From IMG/VR virus record IMGVR_UViG_3300048591_000147, positions 248,001 to 312,000 of that record: 64,000 nucleotides of DNA; one strand, written 5' to 3'. The translations under genes were made by a program, and so were the position numbers. This document shows positions 48,671 through 57,381 of the stretch, in pieces. The notes below the pieces were generated by a model. That model did not search any database and was not told the DNA's origin. It saw only the letters and a program-made list of their open reading frames with translations. Position 1 is the first letter of the stretch, and each line of letters begins with the position of its first letter.

Positions 48671-49366
48671 ATGAGAATAGTAGCTACTAGTGACACCCAC
48701 TTTCCGGTGAAACCCGGAATGATCCCCTTCGGTGACGTTTTTTTGCATTGCGGTGATCTTATGCAGAATGGGTATCCGTCAGAATGGCCAGATTGTTTAG
48801 ACTGGTTAAATGAATTACCACATAAGGTAAAAATAATTACATTTGGAAATCATGATTTCCATCCATTCCTATATCCCGGACCATCGTTACAAGATTTAAG
48901 AAAGATTGGAGTAACCGTATTAGGATATCCGGGCAATTCACATTATTATGCAATGACATTACCCAATAACATGGTGGTTGCAGCTTGCCCCTATGTTAAT
49001 AATTTACCAAGATGGGCATTTAATGCCAGTCGAGAGCAAGTAGTATATCATTTAGAACAGCTAACACGACTACAGATTGTGGATATAATGATGACTCATA
49101 TGCCAATATACGGAGTATTGGATACAGTGAATAATCGTCATACTGGTTCATTGGAATATCAAAGCTTTCTCATACGCCAACAACCTCCTATAAAATATTG
49201 GTTTTGCGGACATATTCACGAAGGCTACGGACATTACATTGATGATGAGCCATATGAGAAAAAGTTTCATAATCCATTTGGTCGCACTGGTTGCAATATC
49301 TACAATGTCGCCATGTGTAATAGATTACAACAGCATGTTAATAAGCCAGTAGTTATAGACGTTTAA
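48671..49366 (+). CDS. Calcineurin-like metallophosphoesterase
   Basis: SDTH, CGDL, GNHD, MTH, GHIHE. Confidence 0.9.
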   Translation: MRIVATSDTHFPVKPGMIPFGDVFLHCGDLMQNGYPSEWPDCLDWLNELPHKVKIITFGNHDFHPFLYPGPSLQDLRKIGVTVLGYPGNSHYYAMTLPNNMVVAACPYVNNLPRWAFNASREQVVYHLEQLTRLQIVDIMMTHMPIYGVLDTVNNRHTGSLEYQSFLIRQQPPIKYWFCGHIHEGYGHYIDDEPYEKKFHNPFGRTGCNIYNVAMCNRLQQHVNKPVVIDV

Positions 49367-49378
49367 TAGGAATTAGTC

Positions 49379-49909
49379 ATGACATCATATTCAGCAATAG
49401 TAGCTTTAACTTTAGAAAATGGAATGGGCATGAATGGAAAGATCCCATGGAGGGTGCCAGAGGACTTTAAATACTTTAAGTCGTTCACCATGGGCAAGAC
49501 CTGTGTGATGGGTAGAAAGACATATGAGGATATTCTAACATATGCAAAGGACAAAGATAATCCATTACCCGGAAGACAATTAGTAGTACTATCAACTACT
49601 TATACTGAGATTGATGATCCGTCTTGGGGCGCAAGACCCATCGTGCCTAAAATCGTTAGAAGGATTAATGGCATGCATCAGTTGTCTGGAACGGCTGGCC
49701 CGATATGTTTTATTGGCGGCGCAGCGATATACAAAGAGGCTGCTGATAGATTCAGTAATATAATATTATCAGTTACTAGACTTCATTTTCCAACTGTAGT
49801 AGAGTGTGATACGTTCTTCGTCCCTGAAGAGTCTGGATTCAAGCGAATTCATAGATTTTTCTTAGGTGAGACACCACACGTTATTGAAACCTACATGAAT
49901 TGGAGGTAA
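49379..49909 (+). CDS. folA: Dihydrofolate reductase
   Basis: MGMNGKIPW...EDFKYFK, VMGRKTY, IGGAAIY, CDTFF. Confidence 0.92.
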   Translation: MTSYSAIVALTLENGMGMNGKIPWRVPEDFKYFKSFTMGKTCVMGRKTYEDILTYAKDKDNPLPGRQLVVLSTTYTEIDDPSWGARPIVPKIVRRINGMHQLSGTAGPICFIGGAAIYKEAADRFSNIILSVTRLHFPTVVECDTFFVPEESGFKRIHRFFLGETPHVIETYMNWR

Positions 49910-49911
49910 GT

Positions 49912-50118
49912 ATGAACGCAAAATATAGAGTCGCTTTTTACGAGCATGAAAGTGGTTGGGGTAGTAGATTGGATAGTGAAGAGTTCTTCGAAACATACGA
50001 AGAGGCTTCGAAAAGGGTTGAAGAATTCAACGCACATAATAATAAGAAACCAGTACCAGATTGGTATATGACAGCATCAGAACCACAATTAGTAGACTTA
50101 GATAGGATTAAGAAATGA
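49912..50118 (+). CDS. Hypothetical protein
   Basis: GGAGG RBS before ATG 49912; EHESGWGSR motif. Confidence 0.7.
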   Translation: MNAKYRVAFYEHESGWGSRLDSEEFFETYEEASKRVEEFNAHNNKKPVPDWYMTASEPQLVDLDRIKK

Positions 50119-50537
50119 CAGACAATAAAATTTATACAACAGAACTAAGACTTTATAGTTTTGTAAACTATTACTTATCAGATTTGCAAAGAGGTTTGCA
50201 GACCGCACACCTAGTTGCAGAGTTGTATAAGAAGTATACAGTCGGTAAACATAAAAAAGTGTTAGTTGAATGGGCTACAGATCACAAAACAATAATCATC
50301 TTGAATGGTGGGAATTGTAGTGGATTAGCGGACGTATCTTCTAATCTTAAGTATTACTCAGAACGATTGGAACTTCCAGTAGCGTCATTTTCAGAAGATA
50401 TGCAATCATTGGGTGGCGCGTTAACAGTCACTGGTATCATAGTAGATGTAAATGCATTAAGAACCTCACCGTTCGGATTTGCGAATACGGATATCCAAGA
50501 ATTATTGACGTACCTGTCACAATTTAGATTAGCGTAA
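50115..50537 (+). CDS. Peptidyl-tRNA hydrolase 2 (Pth2)-like protein
   Basis: QRGLQTAH, W...KTIIILNGG, ED...LGGALT match the Pth2 fold pattern. Confidence 0.55.
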   Translation: MTDNKIYTTELRLYSFVNYYLSDLQRGLQTAHLVAELYKKYTVGKHKKVLVEWATDHKTIIILNGGNCSGLADVSSNLKYYSERLELPVASFSEDMQSLGGALTVTGIIVDVNALRTSPFGFANTDIQELLTYLSQFRLA

Positions 50538-50546
50538 GGATAGTAA

Positions 50547-51602
50547 ATGAGACTGGAATTACAGGAACAACTAGATTTCTCAGATGTTTTGATTTTACCA
50601 AAACGATCCACACTAAAGTCTAGGAAAGATGTTGATATTACTAGAACGTTTGCATTTAGACATACTGGTAAAACGTGGACCGGGACACCAATTATTGCAT
50701 CAAATATGCTCACTGGCACGTTTGCTATGGCAAACGCGCTATCGAAATACAATATGATGACAGCGCTGCATAAACATTATTCTATCCACGAGTTGATAAA
50801 GTTTTTTAAACACACCGATCAGTCAGTCATTAACAATGTATGGTATTCCATGGGCATAACTGATACAGATTTTCAAAAATTTTCTGATGTATATCAGGTG
50901 TGCGACAATTCAATAGAAAAAATTCTTTGTGAAGTAGCTAATGGCTATACAGATCAGTATGTACAATCGATTAAAAAATTAAGAGATGCATACCCAGATT
51001 TAATCATAATGGCAGGTAATGTCGTTACTGGAGAAATGGCGGCAGAATTGATTCTGGCTGGGGCAGACTGCGTAAGAGCAGGAATTGGCTCGGGACAAAT
51101 GTGTAAAACTCGAACCGTAGCCGGTATAGGTAGGCCACAATTGTCAACAGTAATTGACACCGCTGATGCCGTCCATGGATTGAAAGGTTTGTTATGTAGT
51201 GACGGTGGGTGCACACAGTCAGCAGATGTTAATATAGCATTATGTGCGTCAGCGGATTTCGTTATGCTGGGATCGATGTTGTCAGGTACTGATGAGTGCG
51301 TTGGTGATATTGTAGAAATTGATGGAAAGCAATTCAAGAAGTTCTACGGAATGTCGTCCAATAGCGCCATGGAAGCGTTTTATGGTGGCAGGGCATCGTA
51401 TAGAGCGTCTGAGGGCAGAACGACTATGGTGCCTTACAGAGGTTCTGTAGAGGCTATTGCAGAAGAGTTGTGCGGAGCAATCAGAAGTATGTGCACATAT
51501 GTTGGCGCAGAGAAGTTGAAAGAAGCTACAAAACGCGCTACACTTATCAAAGTCAATAATAGACTTAACACAACTTATGAAAAATATACGATTGGAAACT
51601 GA
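50547..51602 (+). CDS. guaC: GMP reductase
   Basis: LDFSDVLILPKRS, CEVANGY, AGNVVT, GIGSGQMCKTR, SDGG, FYGMSS, SEG. Confidence 0.93.
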   Translation: MRLELQEQLDFSDVLILPKRSTLKSRKDVDITRTFAFRHTGKTWTGTPIIASNMLTGTFAMANALSKYNMMTALHKHYSIHELIKFFKHTDQSVINNVWYSMGITDTDFQKFSDVYQVCDNSIEKILCEVANGYTDQYVQSIKKLRDAYPDLIIMAGNVVTGEMAAELILAGADCVRAGIGSGQMCKTRTVAGIGRPQLSTVIDTADAVHGLKGLLCSDGGCTQSADVNIALCASADFVMLGSMLSGTDECVGDIVEIDGKQFKKFYGMSSNSAMEAFYGGRASYRASEGRTTMVPYRGSVEAIAEELCGAIRSMCTYVGAEKLKEATKRATLIKVNNRLNTTYEKYTIGN

Positions 51603-51888
51603 TGAAGAACTTGTAATCCCACGATTCGCATTCTTCCATGAAGAATCCCAGATGTGGTTTGGACTAGAGTTTAGAATTAATGATTATAATAGATGGTATA
51701 TCAGAACATCTAGTTTTTGGAATCTGTCAACCGAAATTCAGTTGGTGATTGAGCAGGCATTATACGAAGCAGAATCAAGTTATCAACACGTATTATACAA
51801 AGGTACAATACAAACTGTGGTTATATATTGTGGTAATAATATTAATAGTAGAATATTATTACAAATAAGAGCATTTAGGTTTCAATAA
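51577..51888 (+). CDS. Hypothetical protein
   Basis: 103-aa ORF. Confidence 0.5.
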   Translation: MKNIRLETDEELVIPRFAFFHEESQMWFGLEFRINDYNRWYIRTSSFWNLSTEIQLVIEQALYEAESSYQHVLYKGTIQTVVIYCGNNINSRILLQIRAFRFQ

Positions 51889-51899
51889 AAGGATTAAAT

Positions 51900-52604
51900 A
51901 TGAAGTACGATGATTTTGGCAACAGAATGAAAAAATATGAAGCGGTAAGCCAATCGGTCTTGACCACAAGAACGCCAGTTATTATGCGTCTTGATGGCTG
52001 CGCATTCCACACATTTACTAAAGGGTTGAACAGACCGTTTGATTCAGTTTTAAGTGATGCTATGGCAGCGACTACCGAACACTTGTGTAGTAAGATCCAA
52101 GGTGCTGTCTTTGGTTATATGCAATCAGATGAAATATCGATCTTGATTCAAGACTGGAAAAATCTGAATACTGATAATTGGTTTGGAAACAATGTCCAGA
52201 AGATGGTGAGTGTTTCCGCGAGCATTGCAACAGCATTCTTTAATAAGACTTATAAGCACCCCTCCAAGGATGCTTTGGCACTATTTGATTCAAGAGTGTT
52301 TAACATTCCCAAAGAGGAAGTCGCTAACTATTTCGTATGGCGCCAGAAAGATTGTACTAGAAATAGTATTAACTCTTTAGGGCAGGCGCACTTTTCAGCT
52401 AAACAGTTACACGGAAAGAATGTTTCACAGGTTCAAGATATGTTGATGGAAACACATAATGTCAACTGGAATGATATCCAAACGCGCTATAAGCGTGGGA
52501 CGTGTGTTGTCAATGGCGTGATTGACTTGGAATGCCCGATCTTTACGCAGGATAGGGGTTACATCGAAAAAACATATGAATTTTCTGAAAGTGTGGTTGT
52601 ATAA
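51900..52604 (+). CDS. thg1: tRNA-His guanylyltransferase (Thg1/TLP)
   Basis: RMKKYE, MRLDGCAFH, QSDEISI, FDSR, YFVWRQKDC.RNS. Confidence 0.93.
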   Translation: MKYDDFGNRMKKYEAVSQSVLTTRTPVIMRLDGCAFHTFTKGLNRPFDSVLSDAMAATTEHLCSKIQGAVFGYMQSDEISILIQDWKNLNTDNWFGNNVQKMVSVSASIATAFFNKTYKHPSKDALALFDSRVFNIPKEEVANYFVWRQKDCTRNSINSLGQAHFSAKQLHGKNVSQVQDMLMETHNVNWNDIQTRYKRGTCVVNGVIDLECPIFTQDRGYIEKTYEFSESVVV

Positions 52605-52621
52605 CGAGAGCAGACATCAAT

Positions 52622-52873
52622 ATGGATTACGAACGAATAAAAAAACACTTCCAGTATGTTGGATATTTACATGATTTAACTATGGTTTTAAACATGGCCA
52701 AGTTAATTTCGGAAGATCTTGAACATGTGGATTATTCACAAGATTATCGCGACAGGATACATTTCGTACATGATGATTTAGACGCAAGAATTTCGTTATA
52801 TGAAGCTGATGACGAAAATAAAGACCCTCTGCGCGAAAATTTTGTGATTCGTAATAGAGCTGGAATGACTTGA
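52622..52873 (+). CDS. Hypothetical protein
   Basis: 83-aa ORF. Confidence 0.5.
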   Translation: MDYERIKKHFQYVGYLHDLTMVLNMAKLISEDLEHVDYSQDYRDRIHFVHDDLDARISLYEADDENKDPLRENFVIRNRAGMT

Positions 52874-53010
52874 TAGTAACAAGACAATGCTGTTATGAGA
52901 GAGGTAAAGAAGAGTTTTTCGATTTTGCAGATATGCGTGAAGAGTTATTTAATATATGCAATATATTGATTGACAAGTTCCACAAACAAAAATAACAAAA
53001 GGAAGTAAAA

Positions 53011-53589
53011 ATGGATTTATATGAATTTCAAAATTTGGCTCTCCGTACAGAGAGTATCATTGGAGATGTAGTGGTAAATAAAGAAGAGCTTCTATGTTTA
53101 ATAGAAGCATATGCGATTTTAGGAGACATGCTTGACTGTTACAAAAAGAAGATTTTCTATAAGAAAGATAAGAAGTATGATGAGACATTTTTATCATCGC
53201 TACGTAAGATCCAAAATCTAACATTCAACATTAGTTATAGACATGATAATGATGTGGAATTGGTAGAACATTTGTCTGGTGAGTCTAGTAGAATCTTACA
53301 CGGCATGTTAGGTATATGTACCGAGAGTGCCGAACTCGCACAAATTCTTCATAAGTTTGTAGATGATGGTGGCTTAGATACAATCAATCTAATGGAAGAG
53401 ATGGCAGACGGTGCTGGAGGCACCAACTCATGGTATGGAGCAATTCTGTGTGACGTATTAAACATCGACCCTTATGATCCCATGGACAAAGTCATTAGAA
53501 AACTAAAGGCTAGATTTCCAGATAAGTATTGCGATGAAAAGGCAGATAATAGAGATATTGCTGCCGAAAGAGCAGAGTTAGAATCGTGA
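53011..53589 (+). CDS. mazG: MazG-like NTP pyrophosphohydrolase
   Basis: LHGMLGICTESAEL, EEMAD, KLKARFP. Confidence 0.8.
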   Translation: MDLYEFQNLALRTESIIGDVVVNKEELLCLIEAYAILGDMLDCYKKKIFYKKDKKYDETFLSSLRKIQNLTFNISYRHDNDVELVEHLSGESSRILHGMLGICTESAELAQILHKFVDDGGLDTINLMEEMADGAGGTNSWYGAILCDVLNIDPYDPMDKVIRKLKARFPDKYCDEKADNRDIAAERAELES

Positions 53590-54146
53590 GAAAGATAGCT
53601 TGTCTGGATTTGGACGACACAGTTGCGAATCTGCGCGACAGTTTAATGCATGCCCTCAATGGATATACTGGAAAGGATATCCATTGGAATGATTGGGATT
53701 GTTATGATCTGAATAAAATTTATGATCTTGACACCCCATCGGTCGTAGACTGTATCCAAAGCAATAAGCTATTACAAAATGTAGAACTCATGGACGGATC
53801 GCTGGATTTCCTGAACTTACTCAAAAGTAAAGGATATTTAATACATTTTGTAACTGCGCGAGCATGGCATGAAAAGGGCTATGAGTTGACCAAGGAATGG
53901 TTGCAGAGTAGAAATGTCCCATACGATGCATTGAATGTGACCAGCCATCAAGTGGCCAAAATAGATGCCGTCAGATGCTATTACAATAAGGTGGATTTGG
54001 CGATTGATGATTGCTATAGTCATATAGCTGATTACAAGAAAAGTGGCATAGTCACCCATGCGGTGCTATTCCACCATCCTTGGAATAGAAATCAACCATA
54101 TGACAAGATCATAAATCATATCTCAGAAGCTGAATTGTACATTTAA
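53586..54146 (+). CDS. 5'(3')-deoxyribonucleotidase (HAD)
   Basis: DLDDTVA, VTAR, AIDD, HPWN. Confidence 0.85.
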   Translation: MRKIACLDLDDTVANLRDSLMHALNGYTGKDIHWNDWDCYDLNKIYDLDTPSVVDCIQSNKLLQNVELMDGSLDFLNLLKSKGYLIHFVTARAWHEKGYELTKEWLQSRNVPYDALNVTSHQVAKIDAVRCYYNKVDLAIDDCYSHIADYKKSGIVTHAVLFHHPWNRNQPYDKIINHISEAELYI

Positions 54147-54162
54147 TAAAACACTAAATAGC

Positions 54163-54204
54163 TTGCATATGACAACCAGTGATGATAGTATCGTCACTGG
54201 TTGT
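54163..54204 (+). promoter_or_regulatory. Sigma70-like promoter with -10 box in a hairpin loop
   Basis: TTGCAT-17-TAGTAT with extended TG; 15-bp stem 54172-54204 (one G-T pair). Confidence 0.6.
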
Positions 54205-54224
54205 TATTAATTTGGAGAGATACC

Positions 54225-54509
54225 GTGAAGAAAGTTAGCAAGCAAAAAGCATTAGACCTAATCACTAAGGGTGCGCTCTTGGTTGATTTGCGTAGTCCCG
54301 TGGCGTTTCGTGATGGAACCATCAAAGGTGCCGTCAATCTACCATTTAAAAACTTCTTGAATAAACTGTTGGCTATTAAGGCTACGGAGAAGGTCATTAT
54401 CTTTTCTGACAAGTACACTGATACCGACATCAGAGATGTTCTGACTTATGCCGATCAGCTAAGAAAAATCGATAATATCTTTGTATCTACTTATAGCGAT
54501 CTTCTATGA
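54225..54509 (+). CDS. Rhodanese-like domain protein (no catalytic Cys)
   Basis: LLVDLRSP..F..GTIKGAVNLP; GTG start after GGAGA; IIFS in place of the active-site Cys. Confidence 0.8.
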   Translation: MKKVSKQKALDLITKGALLVDLRSPVAFRDGTIKGAVNLPFKNFLNKLLAIKATEKVIIFSDKYTDTDIRDVLTYADQLRKIDNIFVSTYSDLL

Positions 54510-54730
54510 ATGTATTGCTATATGGTAGTGAAGTGAGGCGTGCAAATCTATTATCACTAGATGATAGAATCGTTATAGTAGATGAGACTCGCATGCATGT
54601 GCTTTGTGATATATCCGAAAATTGTTATTACATGTTAAGAGATCGTGGTTATATTGTCGAAATCCACGAATTAAAGAATATCGATAATAACTTATATAAC
54701 ATCATCTCTAGGATGACTGGACTGTCATAA
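54506..54730 (+). CDS. Hypothetical protein
   Basis: 74-aa ORF, ATGA overlap. Confidence 0.5.
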   Translation: MNVLLYGSEVRRANLLSLDDRIVIVDETRMHVLCDISENCYYMLRDRGYIVEIHELKNIDNNLYNIISRMTGLS

Positions 54731-54731
54731 G

Positions 54732-54760
54732 AAAAAAGGGTCGCAATAGCGACCCTTTTT
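54732..54760. terminator. Bidirectional terminator
   Basis: AAAAAAGGGTCGC-AATA-GCGACCCTTTTT between convergent genes. Confidence 0.9.
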
Positions 54761-54769
54761 CGTTATACA

Positions 54770-55561
54770 TTATGCTGCTTTCAGCGAAACGACATTAGCG
54801 TCATCGTCTTCTACGGCACAAATCCACTTCTTAACAAATCCACTTCTAACAATATCATCTCTAGTGAATATAATTTCGTCGAACACATTGGATCGTCTTG
54901 CAACATTCAGGAACTTCGGCATTCCGGTAAGTTCATTCTTCTTGTTGAATAGATCATTCTGTGCAACGTCACCACAAGCGATAATTCTGGAGTTTTCACC
55001 TGTTCTGGTTACCACTGAATTTATTTCATGGAAATTCATATTTTGAATTTCATCAATGAAAATAATAGCGTTGTCCCAAGTTAATCCTCTCACGAATGAT
55101 GTTGGAATGAATTCAATACAGCCAAGTGACTTCATTGTATCGTATGCGTCATACTTACCCATTAGATGATTTACTATATCTTTATATGGTAGCTCATAAA
55201 CCGCCAACTTCTCTTCGATTGAGCCGGGAAGGTGCCCAATTTCACGATTTTGCACTGCGCTTCTTACGATGATTATTTTAAACACGCCATTTTGCTTATT
55301 AAGCATTTCGGCTAATGCTAGATACAATGCCACGAAGCTTTTCCCAGTTCCAGCAGAGCCGTGGGCAATGATGTTATTACCTTGGAAAAATGATTCGAAC
55401 ATGGTTTCTTGTATGTGATTTAACGGTTTGACTGTTTTCAAGTCGTGCGGGGAGAAATGCTTTTTTCTTGGTCCTTCCATAGTTGCTTTAGCATTCGTGC
55501 TAATCATAGTTGATAGTTCTTCAATTTGTTTATCTTTTTTTGTGCGACTTTTTTGCGCCAT
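54770..55561 (-). CDS. phoH: PhoH family ATPase
   Basis: GSAGTGKS, IVRS, SFVRGLTW, IDEIQN, CGDVAQND, IVRSGFVK. Confidence 0.95.
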   Translation of the reverse strand: MAQKSRTKKDKQIEELSTMISTNAKATMEGPRKKHFSPHDLKTVKPLNHIQETMFESFFQGNNIIAHGSAGTGKSFVALYLALAEMLNKQNGVFKIIIVRSAVQNREIGHLPGSIEEKLAVYELPYKDIVNHLMGKYDAYDTMKSLGCIEFIPTSFVRGLTWDNAIIFIDEIQNMNFHEINSVVTRTGENSRIIACGDVAQNDLFNKKNELTGMPKFLNVARRSNVFDEIIFTRDDIVRSGFVKKWICAVEDDDANVVSLKAA

Positions 55562-55652
55562 AGTTTTGAAGCTCCTGAGTTATATAAAGATTACTGATTT
55601 CGTCACACGATATAATTTCCTCCTATAAATATTACCATGCTTAATATTATTT

Positions 55653-55889
55653 ATGGAAATCAAAATGAAAACCTATGTGTATAAAGAAAAGGAATGGCTA
55701 CCAACGGGTAGACAAGCAATTAGAAGTAACAAAAGAGATAGAAACAAAGACGATTCATTAATGGAATTGAAGCCGGTGGAGATCGTTGACAAAGACGATA
55801 ATTCGTTTAACATATGGGTCAGATTCGAAGACCTGTATCATGTCAAAGACGTAGGCACTTTAGGGGATAACAATGAAGACCAGAACTAA
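55653..55889 (+). CDS. Hypothetical protein
   Basis: TATAAATA at 55624-55631 upstream. Confidence 0.6.
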   Translation: MEIKMKTYVYKEKEWLPTGRQAIRSNKRDRNKDDSLMELKPVEIVDKDDNSFNIWVRFEDLYHVKDVGTLGDNNEDQN

Positions 55890-56148
55890 AAATATTCTAA
55901 ATATTTTCAAGAGTCTATCGAAGAGACTAGGAGAAGATTTGGTTTATTCCATTGCATATGATAATGGAAAATTATTAATATGCATTTCAGTACATAAGTC
56001 AAAGCGACTTACATATGGCACTGATTCACAAACAAGAACGGTTGAAATAAATGGCACGGCATTAGACCGTCAAATAAATGACGTATTGGCAGAAGTTGTA
56101 GATTATTTTAAAACTCACCTAAAGGAAAGGGAAAATGAAATTGAATGA
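55873..56148 (+). CDS. Hypothetical protein
   Basis: 91-aa ORF in operon context. Confidence 0.55.
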   Translation: MKTRTKNILNIFKSLSKRLGEDLVYSIAYDNGKLLICISVHKSKRLTYGTDSQTRTVEINGTALDRQINDVLAEVVDYFKTHLKERENEIE

Positions 56149-56644
56149 GATCACACAACCGGCAAATCCTCCCAAGGGAACCTTTGTTGGTGTAAAATTA
56201 GACGCAGAATCTAAGCAAAAAATTCTGGATTTAATAGGTAAGTTAAAATTGGAGGAACCAATTCCTGAAGACAAGTTACACTCCACGCTAGTGTACTCCG
56301 ACAAGAAATCTTTGGATGGGTTTAAATCTAATACTAGTTTCGGTGAGAGTGGCTTTCCAAAGGTTAAGCCGGTCAACTTTAATGTCTTTCCAAATTCACA
56401 AAACCCCGGTACTGGATGTCTGGTCATGGAGTTGGATTCGGATTACTTACATACTAGACATGATGAAATTGTTTCGAAATATGATGTTCAAGAAAAATTT
56501 CCGACGTATCGCCCACATATAACACTTTCATACAATTATGCTGGTGAACCACCAGACAGTAAATATTTACAAGACCTTGGTGAATTGAATATTGAATCAG
56601 AGTATGATGAGCCCATAAACGATAACTTTGCTAAATCTTTATGA
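56135..56644 (+). CDS. acb1: Anti-CBASS nuclease Acb1-like 2H phosphodiesterase (T4 57B family)
   Basis: PIPEDKLHSTLVYS, LVMELDSDYL..RH, YRPHITLSYN and EYDEPI follow the T4 Acb1 pattern. Confidence 0.88.
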   Translation: MKLNEITQPANPPKGTFVGVKLDAESKQKILDLIGKLKLEEPIPEDKLHSTLVYSDKKSLDGFKSNTSFGESGFPKVKPVNFNVFPNSQNPGTGCLVMELDSDYLHTRHDEIVSKYDVQEKFPTYRPHITLSYNYAGEPPDSKYLQDLGELNIESEYDEPINDNFAKSL

Positions 56645-57381
56645 AATCAATTTTTATGTCGGACTTGCACCTTGGCAACCCTCATTGCCAAGCCGATAAG
56701 CTTTACAATTTTTTAAAGTCGTTAGAGATGGAAGATGGTAATTATTGTATAGAGAATCTGTTCTTGGTCGGTGACATCATCGATATGACCGGGTTCAACA
56801 ATAAGGTATTCTGGTCCCATCATAGAAAAGTAATAAAGAAATTTCTTAGAATGGCTGATCGTGGTGTGAAGCTCTATTATGTTATTGGTAATCACGACTA
56901 CCATTTAGAAAATGAAATACTGAATAGTTATGAGGACGTACAGTCATTCAATAATATTACATTTTGTAGAGAGTACGTCTACAATAATATTTTACTGATC
57001 CATGGTGATCAGTTTGACGGAGTAGTTAAGGCATACCCGATTCTTTATACTATTGGTGATTTTGGGTATCATTTATTGATACATATCAATCACTTACAGA
57101 ATAAAGTAAGGAGATTATTCGGTATGAAGGAATGGAGCTTCTCACTCTGGGTAAAGACTAAAGTTAAGAAGGCTATCCAGTTTATTAATCACTTTGAAGA
57201 AGCGGTGTGTAGGTACGCAAAAGAAAAAAACGTCACAACCGTTATAGCTGGTCACATTCATAAAGCCGAAGATACGATGTTTGATGGTATCAGGTATCTT
57301 AACACTGGCACCTATGTAGAATTCTGTTCTTATGTGGTAGAGTATAAGGATGGAACTTTGGAGCTAAAATTTTATGAGTAA
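56641..57381 (+). CDS. plcP: PlcP-type phospholipase C (LpxH-like metallophosphoesterase)
   Basis: SDLHLG, LVGDIID, GNHD, HGDQFD, WSFSLWVKTKVKKAIQFI, GHIH, YLNTG. Confidence 0.8.
   Translation: MKSIFMSDLHLGNPHCQADKLYNFLKSLEMEDGNYCIENLFLVGDIIDMTGFNNKVFWSHHRKVIKKFLRMADRGVKLYYVIGNHDYHLENEILNSYEDVQSFNNITFCREYVYNNILLIHGDQFDGVVKAYPILYTIGDFGYHLLIHINHLQNKVRRLFGMKEWSFSLWVKTKVKKAIQFINHFEEAVCRYAKEKNVTTVIAGHIHKAEDTMFDGIRYLNTGTYVEFCSYVVEYKDGTLELKFYE

Noticed and set aside
52870-52995. 41-codon TTG-start ORF or frameshift extension of ORF 52622
   Set aside because: No clear RBS or slippery site, and an in-frame TAG just upstream.
54722-54730. Pho box CTGTCATAA
   Set aside because: Only a single half-site, at the end of a CDS next to a terminator. 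No convincing 11-bp-spaced repeat upstream of phoH or plcP.
56641-57381. LpxH (UDP-2,3-diacylglucosamine hydrolase) call
   Set aside because: GNHD rather than GNRD, and pairing with an Agt-like GT4, favour PlcP.
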